Made by a program: the position numbers and the translations under genes. A stretch of DNA of 63,086 nucleotides, the filler included, from Reclinomonas americana ATCC 50394 (Eukaryota): the NCBI GenBank assembly GCA_048213135.1. It is 7 parts of 6 records of this genome, joined end to end, with 100 filler letters (N's around TTAATTAATTAA, not from the genome) between each part and the next. Parts side by side here need not be neighbours in the genome. Positions count along the whole stretch, not along the records: positions 43,659 to 58,269 come from PS015670.1; positions 58,370 to 63,086 come from PS015673.1; 5 more parts are not named here. One strand, given 5' to 3'. The notes below the pieces were generated by a model that saw only the letters and a program-made list of their open reading frames with translations, had not been told where the DNA came from and searched no databases. Below, in pieces: positions 50,641-60,633 of the stretch (the first letter of the stretch is position 1; the number at the start of each line of letters is the position of its first letter).

Positions 50641-50732
50641 GTATTTTGGGAGAAGTCTGCTTCAGGTATTATGATGGCGGTCGGGTAAACACGCAAGCTT
50701 TTGCTGTCTGGATGACCATATTCAGTCGGTAG

Positions 50733-50738
<6 letters not shown>

Positions 50739-50817
<79 letters not shown>

Positions 50818-51040
50818 GTGTCGTACGTAACGTACGTACGTCGGTCTCGTCGTCGCGACGACCGTGTAGGTCGGTACGTACGTAACGTAACGGTGGTCGT
50901 ACGTTCGTAAGGTACGTNNNNNNNNNNNNNNNNNNNNNNNNNNNTTAGTAGTAGGTCGGTACCGGTAACGGTAACGACGTACGTACGTTACGTTCGTGTC
51001 GTGTGTACGTACGTACTATTACTAGTCGTAGTAGTGGTTG

Positions 51041-51118
<78 letters not shown>
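50739..51118 (+). repeat. (GT)n microsatellite flanking a small gap, with low-quality sequence inside
   Basis: Two long GT runs seen directly. Confidence 0.9.
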
Positions 51119-51119
<1 letters not shown>

Positions 51120-51602
51120 TGCTGAGAACTGCGGTACCGGTCTGCACCGCATGCGTGGCTAAACAGTGGTCGTCTGGAATTGCGACGCAACCTGTGGACA
51201 AGACGCACTTGCACTGGGGTTGGACTTTTTCAACGAGGCAGATGTTGCTTGTTTGTTGCAGCTGCCGCAGTGTTGAAATCACTGCAGCGAAACAGCTCCT
51301 CCTACCATCTGCTCATCCGACCACCGATTTTACCTTTGTACAAGACGCCCTGCAGCAATGACGAAGACAACAGTGACCGAGCGCAATCCCTGCTCAATTG
51401 CAAGTCTGTTTCAGCCACGCCACCAACTACGACGCCACCACGGCATTTGCTTTGCCTGCTTCTCGGATCCGGACCCGGCTTGGCTTCGTTTGCCTGGCTC
51501 TGGCCTTTTCCCGATATTGGATGTGCCGTGTACGATCGCAGAAAACGCTATGCGTCTATGCAAGTGCGTCAAATCCACTGGTCAACCACGCTTATGCGGT
51601 GA

Positions 51603-51748
51603 AGATCGCAGTTCTCGACTTGTTCGGAGCTCCGAGAGCGAACACACACACACACATGGAACCTGCTGCTGCCTCAAGATTGGTGTCTGTGTTGATGTTT
51701 TGGATATGGTTGAACTTGGTCACCAAGACAGCTGTTGCTTGTTTGTTG
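51603..51748 (-). repeat. Dispersed repeat, copy B (with a ~30-bp CA-containing insertion)
   Basis: Reverse-complement match to 39551-39668. Confidence 0.85.
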
Positions 51749-52111
51749 GTGTCAGGAAAAGCCGTATACGTACGCAGCGCCCGTCCGAATTCATCGACTT
51801 CGCGATCGCCGTTTCCGTGATAGCTCAGTTTCAGATGCTCACTCAAGATCATGCAGGTGTGTTGCTGTTACGAAGCTGATGATGTTGTCATGATCAGCTT
51901 TTTCTGCTGCATGATCACTTTCTCAGACTTCGCGACTTCCCTATCATCATCAACTCTGCAGCCGCACCTCGCCCTTCCGACCCTCGAAACGACTTCCTTC
52001 TCCTTCCACCCCTTTACCAAAGTGCTGCTCTGCATGCCACCGCAAGAGCGTCGCGCAAGAGAGTTTTTCCGTCCTGCTCCTTTCACTCTTTCTTCTCTCT
52101 CTCACTCGCAC

Positions 52112-53197
52112 ATGTCATTCCCTCCCCTCCTCCTCACCAACCGCCTTGTCGGGCACGGCGACTACGTGCGCTCTGTGGTCGTCACAGAAGACGGCCAGCA
52201 CATTATCAGTGGCAGCTCAGACAAGACTGTGTGCGTGTGGTCTCTGCTGACAGGTCAGGAGGTGCGACGACTGGAGGGACACACTGCGTGGGTGCAGTGC
52301 GTCGCCGTCACTCCCACTGGCGAGTTTATCGTGAGCGGAGGTGGCGACAAGGCACTGCGAGTGTGGGCGCTGGCCAGTGGTGAGGAGGTGCGACAACTGG
52401 AGGGTCACTGTGACTCGGTGTGGACAGTGGCCACCACGCGCGACAGTCGGTACGCGCTGAGTGGCGCCAGTGACAACACCATCCGCCTGTGGGCACTGGC
52501 GAGTGGCGAGGAGGTGCGTCGGCTGGAGGGCCACACTGCCCCGGTCATGTCGGTCACCACGACGCACGATGGACAGCGGATTGTGAGCGGGAGTCGAGAC
52601 CGCACGGTGCGCGTGTGGTCACTGGCGAGTGGGGAGGAGGTGCAGCGATTCGAGGGGCACAGCAACTGGGTGCGCTCTGTGGCCGTTGCCCGCGACGATG
52701 TGCACATTGCCAGTGGGAGCTGGGAGGCCAACACACGAGTGTGGTCAATGGCGACGGGCAAGGAAGCGCAGCGATTCGTGGGACCCATGCGCGATGTGTG
52801 GTCCGTGGCCTTCACTCCCGACTGCCAGTTCGTGGTCACGGGAAACGGCGACACCACTGTGCGTGTGTGGTCCATGGCGAGTGGCTTGGAGGTGCGTCAG
52901 GTGGCGGACCACTTTTCACAAGTGTACTCGGTCGCCGTCACGCTCGACGGGCAGCGCGTGGTGAGTGGCTGCATGGACTACAGAGTGCGTGTGTGGTCCA
53001 CACCGTGCGGCCTGGCGCTGCGAGAGCTCGACTGGGCGCGTGCGGCCATGGCGGCAGTGCAGGAGGAGATGCAGCGGCGACAGGAGGGCGGGGAGGATTC
53101 GCGGTGCCTGCCGGAGATGGTGCTGCGCTGCTTTGTCGTCGAGGATGCGGCGGCCATTGTGCATAGGTGTAGCGTGGATCCCGAGATGCATATGTGA
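52112..53197 (+). CDS. WD40-repeat protein, diverged stand-alone paralogue of the array (361 aa, 7 WD + same tail)
   Basis: MSFPPLLLTNRLVGHGDYVRSV...STPCGLALRELDWARAAMAAVQEEMQ...DSRCLPEMVLRCFVVEDAAAIVHRCSVDPEMHM*; intronless. Confidence 0.92.
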   Translation: MSFPPLLLTNRLVGHGDYVRSVVVTEDGQHIISGSSDKTVCVWSLLTGQEVRRLEGHTAWVQCVAVTPTGEFIVSGGGDKALRVWALASGEEVRQLEGHCDSVWTVATTRDSRYALSGASDNTIRLWALASGEEVRRLEGHTAPVMSVTTTHDGQRIVSGSRDRTVRVWSLASGEEVQRFEGHSNWVRSVAVARDDVHIASGSWEANTRVWSMATGKEAQRFVGPMRDVWSVAFTPDCQFVVTGNGDTTVRVWSMASGLEVRQVADHFSQVYSVAVTLDGQRVVSGCMDYRVRVWSTPCGLALRELDWARAAMAAVQEEMQRRQEGGEDSRCLPEMVLRCFVVEDAAAIVHRCSVDPEMHM

Positions 53198-53299
53198 TGG
53201 GGAAGGAGGGAAGGGAGGGGGTAGGAGGGGAAGGAGGAGAGGGAGAAGGGGGAAGGAGGAGAAGGGAGAAGGAGGAGAAGGGCAAAGGAGGGACAGGAG

Positions 53300-53620
53300 T
53301 GAAGGAGATGGTGCGCTGTTTTATTGTCGAGGATGTCGTGGTCATTATGCGTCGACGAAGAGTGCGGCGTGTATTTTGTGTAAGAAGGAGGAGAAGAAGA
53401 TAAGAAGAAGAAGAGGAATAGGAACCCGGTTTGTGCTGCTGTGGTCACTGTGTCGGCGAGGGGTGCAGCATGTGGTGTACGTGTAAGAAGAAGGAGGAGG
53501 AGAAGAAGAGGAGGAACTTGGTTCCTGCCAGAGATGATGCTGCGCTGTTTGTCGTCATAGGTGCATCGTGGATCCCGAGATTCAAATGTGCAGGGAGGGG
53601 GGTAGGAGGGGAAGGAGAAG
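53300..53620 (+). pseudogene. Two degenerate duplicates of the WD40-gene 3' end
   Basis: ~53303-53370 EMVRCFIVEDVVVIMRRR; ~53525-53615 cctgccagagatgatgctgcgctgtttgtcgtc..gtggatcccgagattcaaatgtg followed by the same G-rich 3' flank. Confidence 0.7.
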
Positions 53621-53730
53621 CGCGGACCTCGTGGTGTTTTTGTGAGAGAAACCGCGTGTTTTTCGCTATTGAACTGTTCGAATGCAGTCGAGGAAGCGGT
53701 GTGGCGGACTGCAACAAGCATCTTGTGTCG

Positions 53731-53806
<76 letters not shown>

Positions 53807-55331
53807 NNNNNNNNNNNNNNNNNNNNACCAGGCAGCAAAGTCGAGGAGGGCGCGGAGGGCGGGGACGCTGGTGGCGTGCACGAAGGGTGGAGCGCTGAAG
53901 AGGGAAAAGAGGGAAAGGGTGAGGGGGGTGGAAGGGGAAAGGGGGGAAGGGGGGAAAGGGGGAAAGGGGGTAAGGGGGAAAGGGGGGAAGGGGGAAAGGG
54001 GGAAAGGGGGTAAGGGGGAGAGGGGGACGGAGAAGGGAGAAAGGAAAGGAGCACAGATCGAGGGAGAAACGAACAAGGGAAACGGAGACCAGTGGACAGA
54101 GAAGAACTGGAGATGGATGATGGGGGGCGACAGAATGGCAGAAGGAAAAGGACAACTGAAGAAAGAGACAAAGTGATCATAAAGCACCAACATGCCGGCG
54201 ATCATTGATTCACGAAGAGATACGTGAGGATGGATGTTGGGCGAGACGGACGAGAAAGTGGGATAAAGACGAACTGCAGTTGAAGATGAGAAGGTAAAGG
54301 GAACGACAGACAAAAGTGGCAAGGAAAGGACGAGTGAATGCTGAGACAATAATGAAGAGAGCATGAGAAAACAACGCAAGGATGAGGTGGGTGAGGGAGG
54401 AAAGGGAAAGGGGGGACGGGGAGACTTNNNNNNNNNNNNNNNNNNNNNNNNNNNNNNNNNNNNNNNNNNNNNNNNNNNNNNNNNNNNNNNNNNNNNNNNN
54501 NNNNNNNNNNNNNNNNNNNNNNNNNNNNNNNNNNNNNNNNNNNNNNNNNNNNNNNNNNNNNNNNNNNNNNNNNNNNNNNNNNNNNNNNNNNNNNNNNNNN
54601 NNNNNNNNNNNNNNNNNNNNNNNNNNNNNNNNNNNNNNNNNNNNNNNNNNNNNNNNNNNNNNNNNNNNNNNNNNNNNNNNNNNNNNNNNNNNNNNNNNNN
54701 NNNNNNNNNNNNNNNNNNNNNNNNNNNNNNNNNNNNNNNNNNAAAAGTGAAAGATGAGAGAGAATGGCTGAAGAAATGGACGACTGGCGAAAGAGACAAA
54801 GTGGTCAAAAAGCGCAAGCACGCTAATTTGTGTCGAATCAAGAATAATTACGTGAGAATATGTTGAGGGGCGAGAGGAGAGGGAAAGAGAGACAGAGAAG
54901 AGTTGGAGGTGGAGGATGGAAAGGTGGTAGAATGTGAGAAACGCGACTGCTGTCAAGGTAACGAGAAAGAACTTGCACACCGAGGACATGAAGATGAGGT
55001 GAGGTGTTGGGAAACGGGCAAGGGGGAAATTGGAGGAGGTGGATGGTGACATGGTGAGAGAATGGACAAGGAAAGAAAGAAAGATTGAACACGAACATGG
55101 AGGAAAGCGAGTCAAGAGAATCGTTGTGCAAGAAAACCGGCCTCGAGCGGCATCGGGGCGAGTCACTCGTACACCACCGCCAACGCAACGTCTGCTTGTG
55201 CATGACTCCGCACTGCAGGAGTAGCTGCACGGTCGGCCACTGCAGCACCTCCCTCCCAATGTCACCCGAGTGATTGAAAATGAATCTGCAACCGTGACGA
55301 TAACGTGTTGGCTGACCACAACGCAGTCACT

Positions 55332-56418
55332 CTAGTGCGCGCGGGTACGCAACTTGATCTGCGCGAGACGGGTTACCGTGTCGGCAAAGTCGAGGGGAGT
55401 GAGGCGCGCGAGAGGTGTGAGTCCGTACTGCGGGCCGGCTTTGGGGGCGGTGCGCTGGGCGACGTGCGACCAGAGATCCTTGAGGTGGAGCAGGTGTTCC
55501 TCCTGCATGGAGTCGGCAAGGGCCAGGAGGTCGCCGTGCGAGGAGTGCGTCCTGGTGGCGAATGGAAAGGAGAAGAATTAGAAGGAGGCCCCTCAGGGGC
55601 GGGGGAAGGCAAAGTGTGAGGGTATCGGAAGAGGAGGAGATGATGGAGAAGGAGGAGGAGGAAAGAAGGACAGACAGACAGACAGACAGAGGAGAGAGAG
55701 AGAAAGAAAGAGAAAAAGAGGAGAGAAAGAAAGAAAGAATGAATGAATGAAAGGGGAACGGAAGTACAGGTTATAGGTGAGAGAGAAAGAGAGTGACAGA
55801 GAGAGAGAAAGAGAAAGAGGAGAAAGCAGGAAAGAACAAGAGAAAGAGAGAAAGAAAGAAAGAAAGAGGGCAAGAAAGAGAGAAAGAGAGAAAGAGTGAG
55901 AAAGAGAGCAAGAAAGAGAGAGAGAAAGAAAGTGAGAGAGCAAGAATGAGAAAGAAAGAGAGAAAGAAAGAATGAGAGAGATAGAAAGACAGAAAGAAAG
56001 ACAGACAGACAGACAGACAGACAGGGAAGAGAGAGAGCGAGAATGAAAGAGAGAAAGAGAGAAAGAGAAAAAGAAAGAGAGAGAAAGAGAAAAGGAAGGA
56101 GAAAGAAAGAAAAAGGAAGAAAAAAAGAGAGAGAAAGAAAGTGAGAGAGCAAGAATGAGAAAGAAAGAGAAGAAAGAGAAAGAGAGAAAGAAAGAGAGAG
56201 AGATAGACAGACAGGGAAGAGAGAGAGCGAGAATGAAAGAGAGAAAGAGAGAAAGAGAAAAAGAAAGAGAGAGAAAGAGAAAAGGAAGGAGAAAGAAAGA
56301 AAAAGGAAGAAAAAGAGAGAGAGAAAGAAAGTGAGAGAGCAAGAATGAGAAAGCAAGAGAAGAAAGAGAAAGAGAGAAAGAAAGAGAGAGAGATAGAAAG
56401 ACAAAGAGAAAGACAGAA

Positions 56419-56450
<32 letters not shown>

Positions 56451-57352
56451 CAAGAAAGAGAAAGAAGAGAAGTGAGAAAGAAAGAGGAAAACAGAAAGAA
56501 AGAAGGAAAGACAGAAAGAAAGTCCGAAAAAGAAAGAAAGAGAGAGGAGAAAGAAGGAAAGAGAGAATGAAAGAGAAAGAGTGAAAGAGAGAGAGAAAGA
56601 GAGAAAGAGAGAAAGAAGAAAGAAAGAGAAAGGAAAGGAACGAAGAATGAACAAATGGACAGATATGACAATCAGTGCGCGGGTGTGTGAGCACGCAACT
56701 CATAGGCCTTTGTCAGGAGACCCAGCAGGCCACCGAATCGCATCACATGCTCGAGAGGCACCTCCTTAAAGGCCGTGGAGAAGACGCCGTCCATGCGCAG
56801 CTGTTCGAGAGGCAGGGCATTGATTTCGAGGAGCCTGGCGAACAGGACAGAGTGAGCGACGGCTACGTCACCAAACACAAACTCGTTGACGCACCATTCC
56901 ATCGCTGGCGTATGCCACTCCTCCAGCTGCGTGACGTCGGTGTCGATGATGACGGCGAGCGCATCGTCGAGGTAATCAAAGCCGCGCGCACCAAAGGCCA
57001 GGAGGAAGAGGCTGTCGTGAATGTCGAGGAGGTGGCGGGCGGCGGCGGTGAGTGGGTCGCGGGCGAAGCGGTACTCGCCGCGGATGGGGGAGAGGTCTTC
57101 GCGGGGCTGGTGGGCTGGGGAGATGGACGACATCAGAGAGAAGGAGGGTGGGGGAATATCGATGGGTGGATGGTGGATTTTACCGTAGTCGGTGGGGAGC
57201 AGGGCTTCGGGGTGGGAGAAGGCGAGGCGGATTTGGAGGTGGGAGTGGGTGGCGGTGGAGTGGAGGACGCGGGACCAGAGGAGGAGGGTGGTGGGGCGGT
57301 GGGGGTTACTGGCAAAGGAGAAGGGAAATAAGGGGAGGGATGAGGGAAGGAG

Positions 57353-57388
<36 letters not shown>

Positions 57389-60188
57389 GAGGAGGCAGAG
57401 AGGGTGGCATGGAGACGATGCAACAAAGAACTAACACAGTGAGAAGAGGCAGGGCAGCGAACGTCATGTCCAAATGGGCGAATAAACCAGAGCAAAGGAA
57501 CCGTGCGCAACTTTGCAGCCCACACTCGCTGCGCCAACAGCAACGCAGATTCCACCGGCGATGAGTCTCTGCGACAACAAATGAGCGTCCCCCCACCGCC
57601 TTTCCCTTACAAGGAGCACTCACTCCGACAACAGCTTGTCGCACGCTCGCAGCCACAGATCCGTCACATCGGCATCCTGCACACGAGACAATGAGCCACT
57701 CGTGAGACACGTGTGAGCGCAGGCAGGTCGGCACGCAACGGCCTCTCTCCTGCCCGCCTCCTCGGCAATGTCCGCCCACTGCTGCAACTCGGCGAAGCGG
57801 TGGAGGGCGCGACGGCCGACAGAGTAGCGGGCGATGGTCGATTGCCAGACGTGGGTGGGGGAGGTGAAGGCGAGGGGGGAGGAGGCGAGCATGCGGCACC
57901 AGTGTTGTTCGATGTGGTCGGCGAGGGTGGAGGGGGAGGGGGTGGAGGAGGCAAAGGGGGAGAGGTCGAGGTGGCAGGTGAGGTGGTGGGTGGGGTTGGA
58001 GGAGTGGAAGTGGGAGAGGGATCTGTGGGGATGAAGGGGAAAGGGCGGGTAAGGGGCAAATGAGGGTGAGGAAAGGCATGGTCGGGAAGTGAGAGGCACT
58101 CTGAGAGAGTGAGAGCGACTGAAAGGCGGACTGTTTGAGAGAGAGAAAGAGGAGCAGAGGTCCCTCCGCTTGCCTTCTTCCCGCTCGCTTCCCTCTCACT
58201 GGCATGCAGGCCTCACTCAATGTCTGGATGCCTGTCTAACCCACTTGCATACATTGCTGCTCCCTCCCTNNNNNNNNNNNNNNNNNNNNNNNNNNNNNNN
58301 NNNNNNNNNNNNNTTAATTAATTAANNNNNNNNNNNNNNNNNNNNNNNNNNNNNNNNNNNNNNNNNNNNGTGTTCCCCCCACCCACTCCGTGTGTTCCCC
58401 CCACCCACTCCGTGTGTTCCCCCCCACCCACTCCGTGTGTTCCCCCCCACCCACTCCGTGTGTTCCCATCACCCACACCCTTTCAGCCTCCATCGGTCAC
58501 AACGCACCTCCTCTGCCATCTCCTGGAACACTGCATCCACCACGCCCTCCACCATAAGCACGCGCACTCCGAGTGCTTGCACATGCGCCGTAATAGCCAC
58601 TGCTTCTCTGCACACCGAGAGGTCAGCATGCTGTCATGCAATCCTGTGATCATTCAACATCGCCTCACCTCCTCGCTTCCTCGTCTCGCGTCCGCCCGCT
58701 GGCCGCCGCCAGAAACTCATCGACATCGTAATACTCCTCCACAACCCGGTGAGTGACGAGTGCAAACGGAACACTCGCCGACACCACCAACGTTCGACGT
58801 GCCGTTGTGGTCTCCGTCGCCGTCGCCGACAGATACCGACGTAATCGCGAAGCATTCAGCGGACTCAGCTCCAGTGCCAGCCCGCCACACACCACCGACG
58901 CCTCTGGTGCGCGCCCGACTTGAACAGTGATCGCCACATGCGCGGCCGGCACGTTTAACTGTCAGCGGAAGGAGGACGACGTGAGCCACACGTCGCTTCG
59001 AATACTCCTCTCACGCCAACTCAACTGATTCCAGCAAGCGCAGCACTGCCTCCACCAATTGCACAGTCAGCTCATCGGCACCGTGCGCCAGTCCCACCAC
59101 CAATCGATGCGCCACTTCCGGCGCGTACAACTGCGGCGCCGGCACAGCCATCCGATCAATGCCGTCACGAATGCACACCGCCATCACGCGCTTCACCGCT
59201 CCCAACACCGCAAGTCTGCGCAAGCAAGTGAGTCCAACGAACTGCTGCGTCGAGAAAACGCTCGCTTCTTCACCTAGGATACCCCTCGCGAAACAGGCGA
59301 TCCGTGGCCTCCATGAGCAGATCGGTCAATACGGAGGCGGTGGCCACTCCCTGCGTGGCGGAAGGATCATGAGAGGGATTGTGTGCATTGACTCGCTGCA
59401 CACATGCTCGTCGAATCGTTGCACATGCTTGTTGCCTCACTCTGCACACATGCTCGTTGCCTCGCTGCTCGTTGCCTCGCTGCTCGTTGCCTCGCTGCTC
59501 GTTGCCTCGCTGCTCGTTGCCTCGCTGCTCGTTGCCTCGCTGCTCGTTGCCTCGCTGCTCGTTGCCTCGCTGCTCGTTGCCTCGCTGCTCGTTGCCTCGC
59601 TGCATGCTCGTTGCCTTGCTGCATGCTCGTTGCCTCGCTGCACATGCTTGTTTCGTTGCACACATACTCGTTGCCTCGCTGCACATGCTCGTTGCCTCGC
59701 AGCACACATGCTCGTTGCCTCGCTGCACATGCTCGTTGCCTCACTCTGCACATGCTCGTTGCCTCGCTGCACTGCTCGTTTCTTTACAGCACAAATGCTT
59801 GCTGCCTCACTCTGCCCTGCTCTTCCCACCCCCCTCTCTCCCTCTCCTCCCAGGCACGCAACAGAAGCACTCGCTCCACACGCTCCCACAATCACTTTGC
59901 GCATCATATGATCAGCAAACGCATGCTGCGGAAGCCGCACAGACTGCAACAGTGTCAGTGCATCGTCAGTGATGAGCACATCGCTCTGATACTCGTCATC
60001 ACTGCATCACACAATGCGTGTAAGAGAGGAGAGTGTGTGTCATTCTGGTTGCACACTCGCAACTCTGTGGCCGCAGAGCAAATGTACTTGCGAGACTTGA
60101 GAGGGCCGAGCAGAGAGCGCACTCGTCGGAGCATTTTCTCCAATGTGATCAGAGGACAACCTAAGAGTGTCGACGTGCCCATGGCCAT
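55332..60188 (-). CDS. BBS12: BBS12-like (CCT/TCP-1-related) chaperonin-like protein with an apparent C-terminal extension; gap at 58270-58369
   Basis: RSLLGPLKSRKYI (cf. BBS12 FLGPLKSSKFI as recalled), DVLITDDALTLLQSV, GVATASVLTDLL, RLVVGLAHG (cf. LAVGLSHG), VRVLMVEGVV. Phase-consistent exons 58022-57740, 57676-57624, 57568-57488, 57308-57184, 57114-56700, 55551-55332. Confidence 0.7.
55680..56650 (+). repeat. GA-rich low-complexity intron with an internal ~180-bp duplication
   Basis: Seen directly; ~56020-56200 is repeated at ~56205-56385. Confidence 0.8.
58370..58468 (+). repeat. ~22-bp minisatellite (ccccccacccactccgtgtgtt), about 4 copies
   Basis: Seen directly. Confidence 0.9.
59451..59780 (+). 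repeat. 15-bp minisatellite TGCTCGTTGCCTCGC, 10 perfect copies (59451-59600) then degenerate; intronic
   Basis: Seen directly. Confidence 0.92.
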
Positions 60189-60245
60189 AACAATGCTCTC
60201 ACATCATTCACTCTTTGCAATCATCTCCACTTGTCTCAATTCCTC

Positions 60246-60601
60246 TCACGATGTCACCATCTGGCTCGGCAGCGTCGGATACACCTTTTGTGCGAATGTC
60301 ATCAGTCGCTTGACGGCCTGGATGTACTTGCGCGAGGTTTCGTCGTTCAGGATGTCTGTGGCGTGGCAGCAGCGCAAGTCAGGAGGGCACGGAGACTCGC
60401 TGATATCAGGCGACACATCTCCGCACAGAGACACGCAAGCGCCTTGCTCAACTATCAGATCTCCTCTGAGACAACAACCTGCTCATCCACTCATTCCCTT
60501 CTTCTCAGCGCTAAGAGACACGCCGGCGCCTCGCACATCCACCTATTCTCTCTATTCCGTCTCGTTTCTGCCACACAGTTTGAAGACACGCAAGCATCTT
60601 C

Positions 60602-60633
<32 letters not shown>

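Noticed and set aside
50816..51030. Odd gtac/cgta-rich sequence
   Set aside because: Typical pyrosequencing flow noise after a long (GT)n run next to a gap.
54130..55060. Degenerate duplicated purine-rich segments either side of gap 54428-54742
   Set aside because: Weak, low-complexity similarity with no ends, TSDs or coding signal.
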